From the NCBI GenBank assembly GCA_964057225.1, contig CAXKVF010000075.1, positions 790,675 to 854,674 on the forward strand: a stretch of 64,000 nucleotides of DNA. The letters are read 5' to 3'. Below the pieces are notes generated by a model. It worked only from the letters and a program-made list of their open reading frames with translations. It made no database searches and had not been told where the DNA came from. Below, piece after piece: positions 41,468-56,400 of this stretch. Each line of letters starts with the position of its first letter. Position 1 is the first letter of the stretch. A program made the position numbers and the translations under genes. Origin of the DNA: Auanema rhodensis. Taxonomy: Eukaryota; Animalia; Nematoda.

Positions 41468-44400
41468 GTGCACTTGGTATGTAACTCGCTTCACGTGAAA
41501 GATAAAGAGATGCGGTTTTCAAAATTAGATTCCCCATGTCCATATTAGTCTAAAAACAAATTTTTATTGATATTGGTTCATGGTAACCATGACTTTGAAA
41601 TTTACGTGAATTTTAATTTATGCTAATTAAATGTACACGTGATGTGCACTTGGTATGTAACTCGCTTCACGTGAAAGATAAAGAGATGCGGTTTTCAAAA
41701 TTAGATTCCCCATGTCCATATTAGTCTAAAAACAAATTTTTATTGATATTGGTTCATGGTAACCATGACTTTGAAATTTACGTGAACTTTAATTTATGCT
41801 AATTAAATGTACACGTGATGTGCACTTGGTATGTAACTCGCTTCACGTGAAAGATAAAGAGATGCGGTTTTCAAAATTAGATTCCCCATGTCCATATTAG
41901 TCTAAAAACAAATTTTTATTGATATTGCTTCATGGTAACCATGACTTTGAAATTTACGTGAACTTTAATTTATGCTAATTAAATGTACACGTGATGTGCA
42001 CTTGGTATGTAACTCGCTTCACGTGAAAGATAAAGAGATGCGGTTTTCAAAATTAGATTCCCCATGTCCATATTAGTCTAAAAACAAATTTTTATTGATA
42101 TTGCTTCATGGTAACCATGACTTTGAAATTTACGTGAACTTTAATTTATGCTAATTAAATGTACACGTGATGTGCACTTGGTATGTAACTCGCTTCACGT
42201 GAAAGATAAAGAGATGCGGTTTTCAAAATTAGATTCCCCATGTCCATATTAGTCTAAAAACAAATTTTTATTGATATTGGTTCATGGTAACCATGACTTT
42301 GAAATTTACGTGAACTTTAATTTATGCTAATTAAATGTACACGTGATGTGCACTTGGTATGTAACTCGCTTCACGTTAAAGATAAAGAGATGCGGTTTTC
42401 AAAATTAGATTCCCCATGTCCATATTAGTCTAAAAACAAATTTATATTGATATTGCTTCATGGTAACCATGACTTTGAAATTTACGTGAACTTTAATTTA
42501 TGCTAATTAAATGTACACGTGATGTGCACTTGGTATGTAACTCGCTTCACGTGAAAGATAAAGAGATGCGGTTTTCAAAATTAGATTCCCCATGTCCATA
42601 TTAGTCTAAAAACAATTTGTTATTGATATTGGTTCATGGTAACCATGACTTTGAAATTTACGTGAACTTTAATTTATGCTAATTAAATGTACACGTGATG
42701 TGCACTTGGTATGTAACTCGCTTCACGTGAAAGATAAAGAGATGCGGTTTTCAAAATTAGATTCCCCATGTCCATATTAGTCTAAAAACAAATTTATATT
42801 GATATTGCTTCATGGTAACCAAGACTTTGAAATTTACGTGAACTTTAATTTATGCTAATTAAATGTACACGTGATGTGCACTTGGTATGTAACTCGCTTC
42901 ACGTGCAAGATAAAGAGATGCGGTTTTCAAAATTAGATTCCACATGTCCATATTAGTCTAAAAACAAATTTTTATTGATATTGCTTCATGGTAACCATGA
43001 CTTTGAAATTTACGTGAACTTTAATTTATGCTAATTAAATGTACACGTGATGTGCACTTGGTATGTAACTCGCTTCACGTGAAAGATAAAGAGATGCGGT
43101 TTTCAAAATTAGATTCCCCATGTCCATATTAGTCTAAAAACAATTTTTTATTGATATTGGTTCATGGTAACCATGACTTTGAAATTTACGTGAACTTTAA
43201 TTTATGCTAATTAAATGTACACGTGATGTGCACTTGGTATGTAACTCGCTTCACGTGAAAGATAAAGAGATGCGGTTTTCAAAATTAGATTCCCCATGTC
43301 CATATTAGTCTAAAAACAATTTTTTATTGATATTGGTTCATGGTAACCATGACTTTGAAATTTACGTGAACTTTAATTTATGCTAATTAAATGTACACTT
43401 GATGTGCACTTGGTATGTAACTCGCTTCACGTGAAAGATAAAGAGATGCGGTTTTCAAAATTAGGTTCCCCATGTCCATATTAGTCTAAAAACAAATTTT
43501 TATTGATATTGCTTCATGGTAACCATGACTTTGAAATTTACGTGAACTTTAATTTATGCTAATTAAATGTACACGTGATGTGCACTTGGTATGTAACTCG
43601 CTTCACGTGAAAGATAAAGAGATGCGGTTTTCAAAATTAGATTCCCCATGTCCATATTAGTCTAAAAACAAATTTTAATTGATATTGGTTCATGGTAACC
43701 ATGACTTTGAAATTTACGTGAACTTTAATTTATGCTAATTAAATGTACACGTGATGTGCACTTGGTATGTAACTCGCTTCACGTGAAAGATAAAGAGATG
43801 CGGTTTTCAAAATTAGGTTCCCCATGTCCATATTAGTCTAAAAACAAATTTTTATTGATATTGGTTCATGGTAACCATGACTTTGAAATTTACGTGAACT
43901 TTAATTTATGCTAATTAAATGTACACGTGATGTGCACTTGGTATGTAACTCGCTTCACGTGAAAGATAAAGAGATGCGGTTTTCAAAATTAGATTCCCCA
44001 TGTCCATATTAGTCTAAAAACAAATTTTTATTGATATTGGTTCATGGTAACCATCACTTTGAAATTTACGTGAACTTTAATTTATGCTAATTAAATGTAC
44101 ACGTGATGTGCACTTGGTATGTAACTCGCTTCACGTGAAAGATAATGAGATGCGGTTTTCAAAATTAGATTCCCCATGTCGATATTAGTCTAAAAACAAA
44201 TTTTTATTGATATTGGTGCATGGTAACCATGACTTTGAAATTTACGTGAACTTTAATTTATGCTAATTAAATGTACACGTGATGTGCACTTGGTATGTAA
44301 CTCGCTTCACGTGAAAGATAAAGAGATGCGGTTTTCAAAATTAGATTCCCCATGTCCATATTAGTCTAAAAACAAATTTATATTGATATTGCTTCATGGT

Positions 44401-47400
44401 AACCATGACTTTGAAATTTACGTGAACTTTAATTTATGCTAATTAAATGTACACGTGATGTGCACTTGGTATGTAACTCGCTTCACGTGAAAGATAAAGA
44501 GATGCGGTTTTCAAAATTAGATTCCCCATGTCCATATTAGTCTAAAAACAAATTTTTATTGATATTGCTTCATGGTAACCATGACTTTGAAATTTACGTG
44601 AACTTTAATTTATGCTAATTAAATGTACACGTGATGTGCACTTGGTATGTAACTCGCTTCACGTGAAAGATAAAGAGATGCGGTTTTCAAAATTAGATTC
44701 CCCATGTCCATATTAGTCTAAAAACAATTTTTTATTGATATTGGTTCATGGTAACCATGACTTTGAAATTTACGTGAACTTTAATTTATGCTAATTAAAT
44801 GTACACGTGATGTGCACTTGGTATGTAACTCGCTTCACGTGAAAGATAAAGAGATGCGGTTTTCAAAATTAGATTCCCCATGTCCATATTAGTCTAAAAA
44901 CAATTTTTTATTGATATTGGTTCATGGTAACCATGACTTTGAAATTTACGTGAACTTTAATTTATGCTAATTAAATGTACACTTGATGTGCACTTGGTAT
45001 GTAACTCGCTTCACGTGAAAGATAAAGAGATGCGGTTTTCAAAATTAGGTTCCCCATGTCCATATTAGTCTAAAAACAAATTTTTATTGATATTGCTTCA
45101 TGGTAACCATGACTTTGAAATTTACGTGAACTTTAATTTATGCTAATTAAATGTACACGTGATGTGCACTTGGTATGTAACTCGCTTCACGTGAAAGATA
45201 AAGAGATGCGGTTTTCAAAATTAGATTCCCCATGTCCATATTAGTCTAAAAACAAATTTTAATTGATATTGGTTCATGGTAACCATGACTTTGAAATTTA
45301 CGTGAACTTTAATTTATGCTAATTAAATGTACACGTGATGTGCACTTGGTATGTAACTCGCTTCACGTGGAAGATAAAGAGATGCGGTTTTCAAAATTAG
45401 GTTCCCCATGTCCATATTAGTCTAAAAACAAATTTTTATTGATATTGGTTCATGGTAACCATGACTTTGAAATTTACGTGAACTTCAATTTATGCTAATT
45501 AAATGTACACGTGATGTGCACTTGGTATGTAACTCGCTTCACGTGAAAGATAAAGAGATGCGGTTTTCAAAATTAGATTCCCCATGTCCATATTAGTCTA
45601 AAAACAAATTTTTATTGATATTGGTTCATGGTAACCATCACTTTGAAATTTACGTGAACTTTAATTTATGCTAATTAAATGTACACGTGATGTGCACTTG
45701 GTATGTAACTCGCTTCACGTGAAAGATAATGAGATGCGGTTTTCAAAATTAGATTCCCCATGTCCATATTAGTCTAAAAACAAATTTTTATTGATATTGG
45801 TGCATGGTAACCATGACTTTGAAATTTACGTGAACTTTAATTTATGCTAATTAAATGTACACGTGATGTGCACTTGGTATGTAACTCGCTTCACGTGAAA
45901 GATGAAGAGATGCGGTTTTCAAAATTAGATTCCCCATGTCCATATTAGTCTAAAAACAAATTTTTATTGATATTGGTGCATGGTAACCATGACTTTGAAA
46001 TTTACGTGAACTTTAATTTATGCTAATTAAATGTACACGTGATGTGCACGTGGTATGTAACTCGCTTCACGTGAAAGATAAAGAGATGCGGTTTTCAAAA
46101 TTAGATTCCCCATGTCCATATTAGTCTAAAAACAAATTTTTATTGATATTGGTTCATGGTAACCATGACTTTGAAATTTACGTGAACTTTAATTTATGCT
46201 AATTAAATGTACACGTGATGTGCACTTGGTATGTAACTCGCTTCACGTGAAAGATAATGAGATGCGGTTTTCAAAATTAGATTCCCCATGTCCATATTAG
46301 TCTAAAAACAAATTTTTATTGATATTGGTGCATGGTAACCATGACTTTGAAATTTACGTGAACTTTAATTTATGCTAATTAAATGTACACGTGATGTGCA
46401 CTTGGTATGTAACTCGCTTCACGTAAAAGATGAAGAGATGCGGTTTTCAAAATTAGATTCCTCATGTCCATATTAGTCTAAAAACAAATTTTTATTGATA
46501 TTGGTGCATGGTAACCATGACTTTGAAATTTACGTGAACTTTAATTTATGCTAATTAAATGTACACGTGATGTGCACGTGGTATGTAACTCGCTTCACGT
46601 GAAAGATAAAGAGATGCGGTTTTCAAAATTAGATTCCCCATGTCCATATTAGTCTAAAAACAAATTTTTATTGATATTGGTGCATGGTAACCATGACTTT
46701 GAAATTTACGTGAACTTTAATTTATGCTAATTAAATGTACACGTGATGTGCACTTGGTATGTAACTCGCTTCACGTGAAAGATAAAGAGATGCGGTTTTC
46801 AAAATTAGGTTCCCCATGTCCATATTAGTCTAAAAACAAATTTTTTTTGATATTGGTTTATGGTAACCATGACTTTGAAATTTACGTGAACTTTAATTTA
46901 TGCTAATTAAATGTACACGTGATGTGCACTTGGTATGTAACTCGCTTCACGTGAAAGATAAAGAGATGCGGTTTTCAAAATTAGATTCCCCATGTCCATA
47001 TTAGTCTAAAAACAATTTTTTATTGATATTGGTTCATGGTAACCATGACTTTGAAATTTACGTGAACTTTAATTTATGCTAATTAAATGTACACGTGATG
47101 TGCACTTGGTATGTAACTCGCTTCACGTGAAAGATAAAGAGATGCGGTTTTCAAAATTAGATTCCCCATGTCCATATTAGTCTAAAAACAATTTTTTATT
47201 GATATTGGTGCATGGTAACCATGACTTTGAAATTTACGTGAACTTTAATTTATGCTAATTAAATGTACACGTGATGTGCACTTGGTATGTAACTCGCTTC
47301 ACGTGAAAGATAAAGAGATGCGGTTTTCAAAATTAGGTTCTTCATGTCCATATTAGTCTAAAAACAAATTTTTATTGATATTGGTACATGGTAACCATGA

Positions 47401-50400
47401 CTTTGAAATTTACGTGAACTTTAATTTATGCTTATTAAATGTACACGTGATGTGCACTTGGTATGTAACTCGCTTCACGTGAAAGATAAAGAGATGCGGT
47501 TTTCAAAATTAGATTCCCCATGTCCATATTAGTCTAAAAACAAATTTTTATTGATATTGGTGCATGGTAACCATGACTTTGAAATTTACGTGAACTTTAA
47601 TTTATGCTAATTAAATGTACACGTGATGTGCACTTGGTATGTAACTCGCTTCACGTGAAAGATAAAGAGATGCGGTTTTCAAAATTAGATTCCCCATGTC
47701 CATATTAGTCTAAAAACAAATTTTTATTGATATTGGTGCATGGTAACCATGACTTTGAAATTTACGTGAACTTTAATTTATGCTAATTAAATGTACACGT
47801 GATGTGCACTTGGTATGTAACTCGCTTCACGTGAAAGATAAAGAGATGCGGTTTTCAAAATTAGATTCCCCATGTCCATATTAGTCTAAAAACAAATTTT
47901 TATTGATATTGGTGCATGGTAACCATGACTTTGAAATTTACGTGAACTTTAATTTATGCTAATTAAATGTACACGTGATGTGCACTTGGTATGTAACTCG
48001 CTTCACGTGAAAGATAAAGAGATGCGGTTTTCAAAATTAGATTCCCCATGTCCATATTAGTCTAAAAACAAATTTTTATTGATATTGGTGCATGGTAACC
48101 ATGACTTTGAAATTTACGTGAACTTTAATTTATGCTAATTAAATGTACACGTGATGTGCACTTGGTATGTAACTCGCTTCACGTGAAAGATAAAGAGATG
48201 CGGTTTTCAAAATTAGATTCCCCATGTCCATATTAGTCTAAAAACAAATTTTTATTGATATTGGTGCATGGTAACCATGACTTTGAAATTTACGTGAACT
48301 TTAATTTATGCTAATTAAATGTACACGTGATGTGCACTTGGTATGTAACTCGCTTCACGTGAAAGATAAAGAGATGCGGTTTTCAAAATTAGATTCCCCA
48401 TGTCCATATTAGTCTAAAAACAAATTTTTATTGATATTGGTTCATGGTAACCATGACTTTGAAATTTACGTGAACTTTAATTTATGCTAATTAAATGTAC
48501 ACGTGATGTGCACTTGGTATGTAACTCGCTTCACGTGAAAGATAAAGAGATGCGGTTTTCAAAATTAGATTCCCCATGTCCATATTAGTCTAAAAACAAA
48601 TTTTTATTGATATTGGTGCATGGTAACCATGACTTTGAAATTTACGTGAACTTTAATTTATGCTAATTAAATGTACACGTGATGTGCACTTGGTATGTAA
48701 CTCGCTTCACGTGAAAGATAAAGAGATGCGGTTTTCAAAATTAGATTCCCCATGTCCATATTAGTCTAAAAACAAATTTTTATTGATATTGGTGCATGGT
48801 AACCATGACTTTGAAATTTACGTGAACTTTAATTTATGCTAATTAAATGTACACGTGATGTGCACTTGGTATGTAACTCGCTTCACGTGAAAGATGAAGA
48901 GATGCGGTTTTCAAAATTAGATTCCCCATGTCCATATTAGTCTAAAAACAAATTTTTATTGATATTGGTGCATGGTAACCATGACTTTGAAATTTACGTG
49001 AACTTTAATTTATGCTAATTAAATGTACACGTGATGTGCACTTGGTATGTAACTCGCTTCACGTGAAAGACAAAGAGATGCGGTTTTCAAAATTAGATTC
49101 CCCATGTCCATATTAGTCTAAAAACAAATTTTTATTGATATTGGTTCATGGTAACCATGACTTTGAAATTTACGTGAACTTTAATTTATGCTAATTAAAT
49201 GTACACGTGATGTGCACTTGGTATGTAACTTGCTTAACGTGAAAGATAAAGAGATGCGGTTTTCAAAATTAGATTCCCCATGTCCATATTAGTCTAAAAA
49301 CAAATTTTTATTGATATTGGTGCATGGTAACCATGACTTTTAAATTTACGTGAACTTTTATTTATGCTAATTAAATGTACACGTGATGTGCACTTGGTAT
49401 GTAACTCGCTTCACGTGAAAGATAAAGAGATGCGGTTTTCAAAATTAGATTCCCCATGTCCATATTAGTCTAAAAACAAATTTTTATTGATATTGGTGCA
49501 TGGTAACCATGACTTTGAAATTTACGTGAACTTTAATTTATGCTAATTAAATGTACACGTGATGTGCACTTGGTATGTAACTCGCTTCACGTGAAAGATA
49601 AAGAGATGCGGTTTTCAAAATTAGATTCCCCATGTCCATATTAGTCTAAAAACAAATTTTTATTGATATTGGTTCATGGTAACCATGACTTTGAAATTTA
49701 CGTGAACTTTAATTTATGCTAATTAAATGTACACGTGATGTGCACTTGGTATGTAACTCGCTTCACGTGAAAGATAAAGAGATGCGGTTTTCAAAATTAG
49801 ATTCCCCATGTCCATATTAGTCTAAAAACAAATTTTTATTGATATTGGTGCATGGTAACCATGACTTTGAAATTTACGTGAACTTTAATTTATGCTAATT
49901 AAATGTACACGTGATGTGCACTTGGTATGTAACTCGCTTCACGTGAAAGATAAAGAGATGCGGATTTCAAAATTAGATTCCCCATGTCCATATTAGTCTA
50001 AAAACAAATTTTTATTGATATTGGTGCATGGTAACCATGACTTTGAAATTTACGTGAACTTTAATTTATGCTAATTAAATGTACACGTGATGTGCACTTG
50101 GTATGTAACTCGCTTCACGTGAAAGATAAAGAGATGCGGTTTTCAAAATTAGATTCCCCATGTCCATATTAGTCTAAAAACAAATTTTTATTGATATTGG
50201 TGCATGGTAACCATGACTTTGAAATTTACGTGAACTTTAATTTATGCTAATTAAATGTACACGTGATGTGCACTTGGTATGTAACTCGCTTCACGTGAAA
50301 GATAAAGAGATGCGGTTTTCAAAATTAGATTCCCCATGTCCATATTAGTCTAAAAACAAATTTTTATTGATATTGGTGCATGGTAACCATGACTTTGAAA

Positions 50401-53400
50401 TTTACGTGAACTTTAATTTATGCTAATTAAATGTACACGTGATGTGCACTTGGTATGTAACTCGCTTCACGTGAAAGATAAAGAGATGCGGTTTTCAAAA
50501 TTAGATTCCCCATGTCCATATTAGTCTAAAAACAAATTTTTATTGATATTGGTGCATGGTAACCATGACTTTGAAATTTACGTGAACTTTAATTTATGCT
50601 AATTAAATGTACACGTGATGTGCACTTGGTATGTAACTCGCTTCACGTGAAAGATAAAGAGATGCGGTTTTCAAAATTAGATTCCCCATGTCCATATTAG
50701 TCTAAAAACAAATTTTTATTGATATTGGTGCATGGTAACCATGACTTTGAAATTTACGTGAACTTTAATTTATGCTAATTAAATGTACACGTGATGTGCA
50801 CTTGGTATGTAACTCGCTTCACGTGAAAGATAAAGAGATGCGGTTTTCAAAATTAGATTCCCCATGTCCATATTAGTCTAAAAACAAATTTTTATTGATA
50901 TTGGTTCATGGTAACCATGACTTTGAAATTTACGTGAACTTTAATTTATGCTAATTAAATGTACACGTGATGTGCACTTGGTATGTAACTCGCTTCACGT
51001 GAAAGATAAAGAGATGCGGTTTTCAAAATTAGATTCCCCATGTCCATATTAGTCTAAAAACAAATTTTTATTGATATTGGTGCATGGTAACCATGACTTT
51101 GAAATTTACGTGAACTTTAATTTATGCTAATTAAATGTACACGTGATGTGCACTTGGTATGTAACTCGCTTCACGTGAAAGATAAAGAGATGCGGTTTTC
51201 AAAATTAGATTCCCCATGTCCATATTAGTCTAAAAACAAATTTTTATTGATATTGGTGCATGGTAACCATGACTTTGAAATTTACGTGAACTTTAATTTA
51301 TGCTAATTAAATGTACACGTGATGTGCACTTGGTATGTAACTCGCTTCACGTGAAAGATGAAGAGATGCGGTTTTCAAAATTAGATTCCCCATGTCCATA
51401 TTAGTCTAAAAACAAATTTTTATTGATATTGGTGCATGGTAACCATGACTTTGAAATTTACGTGAACTTTAATTTATGCTAATTAAATGTACACGTGATG
51501 TGCACTTGGTATGTAACTCGCTTCACGTGAAAGACAAAGAGATGCGGTTTTCAAAATTAGATTCCCCATGTCCATATTAGTCTTAAAACAAATTTTTATT
51601 GATATTGGTTCATGGTAACCATGACTTTGAAATTTACGTGAACTTTAATTTATGCTAATTAAATGTACACGTGATGTGCACTTGGTATGTAACTTGCTTA
51701 ACGTGAAAGATAAAGAGATGCGGTTTTCAAAATTAGATTCCCCATGTCCATATTAGTCTAAAAACAAATTTTTATTGATATTGGTGCATGGTAACCATGA
51801 CTTTTAAATTTACGTGAACTTTTATTTATGCTAATTAAATGTACACGTGATGTGCACTTGGTATGTAACTCGCTTCACGTGAAAGATAAAGAGATGCGGT
51901 TTTCAAAATTAGATTCCCCATGTCCATATTAGTCTAAAAACAAATTTTTATTGATATTGGTGCATGGTAACCATGACTTTGAAATTTACGTGAACTTTAA
52001 TTTATGCTAATTAAATGTACACGTGATGTGCACTTGGTATGTAACTCGCTTCACGTGAAAGATAAAGAGATGCGGTTTTCAAAATTAGATTCCCCATGTC
52101 CATATTAGTCTAAAAACAAATTTTTATTGATATTGGTTCATGGTAACCATGACTTTGAAATTTACGTGAACTTTAATTTATGCTAATTAAATGTACACGT
52201 GATGTGCACTTGGTATGTAACTCGCTTCACGTGAAAGATAAAGAGATGCGGTTTTCAAAATTAGATTCCCCATGTCCATATTAGTCTAAAAACAAATTTT
52301 TATTGATATTGGTGCATGGTAACCATGACTTTGAAATTTACGTGAACTTTAATTTATGCTAATTAAATGTACACGTGATGTGCACTTGGTATGTAACTCG
52401 CTTCACGTGAAAGATAAAGAGATGCGGATTTCAAAATTAGATTCCCCATGTCCATATTAGTCTAAAAACAAATTTTTATTGATATTGGTTCATGGTAACC
52501 ATGACTTTGAAATTTACGTGAACTTTAATTTATGCTAATTAAATGTACACGTGATGTGCACTTGGTATGTAACTCGCTTCACGTGAAAGATAAAGAGATG
52601 CGGTTTTCAAAATTAGATTCCCCATGTCCATATTAGTCTAAAAACAAATTTTTATTGATATTGGTGCATGGTAACCATGACTTTGAAATTTACGTGAACT
52701 TTAATTTATGCTAATTAAATGTACACGTGATGTGCACTTGGTATGTAACTCGCTTCACGTGAAAGATAAAGAGATGCGGTTTTCAAAATTAGATTCCCCA
52801 TGTCCATATTAGTCTAAAAACAAATTTTTATTGATATTGGTGCATGGTAACCATGACTTTGAAATTTACGTGAACTTTAATTTATGCTAATTAAATGTAC
52901 ACGTGATGTGCACTTGGTATGTAACTCGCTTCACGTGAAAGATAAAGAGATGCGGTTTTCAAAATTAGATTCCCCATGTCCATATTAGTCTAAAAACAAA
53001 TTTTTATTGATATTGGTTCATGGTAACCATGACTTTGAAATTTACGTGAACTTTAATTTATGCTAATTAAATGTACACGTGATGTGCACTTGGTATGTAA
53101 CTCGCTTCACGTGAAAGATAAAAAGATGCGGTTTTCAAAATTAGATTCCCCATGTCCATATTAGTCTAAAAACAAATTTTTATTGATATTGGTGCATGGT
53201 AACCATGACTTTGAAATTTACGTGAACTTTAATTTATGCTAATTAAATGTACACTTGATGTACACTTGGTATGTAACTCGCTTCACGTGAAAGATAAAGA
53301 GATGCGATTTTCAAAATTAGAATCCCCATGTCCATATTAGTCTAAAAACAAATTTTTATTGATATTGGTTCATGGTAACCATGACTTTGAAATTTACGTG

Positions 53401-56400
53401 AACTTTAATTTATGCTAATTAAATGTACACGTGATGTGCACTTGGTATGTAACTCGCTTCACGTGAAAGATAAAGAGATGCGGTTTTCAAAATTAGATTC
53501 CCCATGTCCATATTAGTCTAAAAACAAATTTTTATTGATATTGCTTCATGGTAACCATGACTTTGAAATTTACGTGAACTTTAATTTATGCTAATGAAAT
53601 GTACACGTGATGTGCACTTGGTATTTAACTCGCTTCACGTGAAAGATAAAGAGATGCGGTTTTCAAAATTAGATTCCCCATGTCCATATTAGTCTAAAAA
53701 CAAATTTTTATTGATATTGGTGCATGGTAACCATGACTTTGAATTTTACGTGAACTTTAATTTATGCTAATTAAATGTACACGTGATGTGCACTTGGTAT
53801 TTAACTCGCTTCACGTGAAAGATAAAGAGATGCGGTTTTCAAAATTAGATTCCCCATGTCCATATTAGTCTAAAAACAAATTTTTATTGATATTGGTGCA
53901 TGGTAACCATGACTTTGAATTTTACGTGAACTTTAATTTATGCTAATTAAATGTACACGTGATGTGCACTTGGTATGTAACTCGCTTCACGTGAAAGATA
54001 AAGAGATGCGGTTTTCAAAATTAGATTCCCCATGTCCATATTAGTCTAAAAACAAATTTTTATTGATATTGGTTCATGGTAACCATGACTTTGAAATTTA
54101 CGTGAACTTTAATTTATTCTAATTAAATGTACACGTGATGTGCACTTGGTATGTAACTCGCTTCACGTGAAAGATAAAGAGATGCGGTTTTCAAAATTAG
54201 ATTCCCCATGTCCATATTAGTCTAAAAACAAATTTTTATTGATATTGGTTCATGGTAACCATGACTTTGAAATTTACGTGAACTTTAATTTATGCTAATT
54301 AAATGTACACGTGATGTGCACTTGGTATGTAACTCGCTTCACGTGAAAGATAAAGAGATGCGGTTTTCAAAATTAGATTCCCCATGTTCATATTAGTCTA
54401 AAAACAAATTTTTATTGATATTGGTTCATGGTAACCATGACTTTGAAATTTACGTGAACTTTAATTTATGCTAATTAAATGTACACGTGATGTGCACTTG
54501 GTATGTAACTCGCTTCACGTGAAAGATAAAGAGATGCGGTTTTCAAAATTAGATTCCCCATGTCCATATTAGTCTAAAAACAAATTTTTATTGATATTGC
54601 TTCATGGTAACCATGACTTTGAAATTTACGTGAACTTTAATTTATGCTAATGAAATGTACACGTGATGTGCACTTGGTATTTAACTCGCTTCACGTGAAA
54701 GATAAAGAGATGCGGTTTTCAAAATTAGATTCCCCATGTCCATATTAGTCTAAAAACAAATTTTTATTGATATTGGTGCATGGTAACCATGACTTTGAAA
54801 TTTACGTGAACTTTAATTTATGCTAATTAAATGTACACGTGATGTGCACTTGGTATGTAACTCGCTTCACGTGAAAGATAAAGAGATGCGGTTTTCAAAA
54901 TTAGATTCCCCATGTCCATATTAGTCTAAAAACAAATTTTTATTGATATTGGTGCATGGTAACCATGACTTTGAATTTTACGTGAACTTTAATTTATGCT
55001 AATTAAATGTACACGTGATGTGCACTTGGTATGTAACTCGCTTCACGTGAAAGATAAAGAGATGCGGTTTTCAAAATTAGATTCCCCATGTCCATATTAG
55101 TCTAAAAACAAATTTTTATTGATATTGGTTAATGGTAACCATGACTTTGAAATTTACGTGAACTTTAATTTATGCTAATTAAATGTACACGTGATGTGCA
55201 CTTGGTATGTAACTCGCTTCACGTGAAAGATAAAGAGATGCGGTTTTCAAAATTAGATTCCCCATGTCCATATTAGTCTAAAAACAAATTTTTATTGATA
55301 TTGGTGCATGGTAACCATGACTTTGAAATTTACGTGAACTTTAATTTATGCTAATTAAATGTACACGTGATGTGCACTTGGTATGTAACTCGCTTCACGT
55401 GAAAGATAAAGAGATGCGGTTTTCAAAATTAGATTCCCCATGTCCATATTAGTCTAAAAACAAATTTTTATTGATATTGCTTCATGGTAACCATGACTTT
55501 GAAATTTACGTGAACTTTAATTTATGCTAATTAAATGTACACGTGATGTGCACTTGGTATGTAACTCGCTTCACGTGAAAGATAAAGAGATGCGGTTTTC
55601 AAAATTAGATTCCCCATGTCCATATTAGTCTAAAAACAAATTTTTATTGATATTGGTTCATGGTAACCATGACTTTGAAATTTACGTGAACTTTAATTTA
55701 TGCTAATTAAATGTACACGTGATGTGCACTTGGTATGTAACTCGCTTCACGTGAAAGATAAAGAGATGCGGTTTTCAAAATTAGATTCCCCATGTCCATA
55801 TTAGTCTAAAAACAAATTTTTATTGATATTGGTGCATGGTAACCATGACTTTGAAATTTACGTGAACTTTAATTTATGCTAATTAAATGTACACGTGATG
55901 TGCACTTGGTATGTAACTCGCTTCACGTGAAAGATAAAGAGATGCGGTTTTCAAAATTAGATTCCCCATGTCCATATTAGTCTAAAAACAAATTTTTATT
56001 GATATTGCTTCATGGTAACCATGACTTTGAAATTTACGTGAACTTTAATTTATGCTAATTAAATGTACACGTGATGTGCACTTGGTATGTAACTCGCTTC
56101 ACGTGAAAGATAAAGAGATGCGGTTTTCAAAATTAGATTCCCCATGTCCATATTAGTCTAAAAACAAATTTTTATTGATATTGGTTCATGGTAACCATGA
56201 CTTTGAAATTTACGTGAACTTTAATTTATGCTAATTAAATGTACACGTGATGTGCACTTGGTATGTAACTCGCTTCACGTGAAAGATAAAGAGATGCGGT
56301 TTTCAAAATTAGATTCCCCATGTCCATATTAGTCTAAAAACAAATTTTTATTGATATTGGTGCATGGTAACCATGACTTTGAAATTTACGTGAACTTTAA

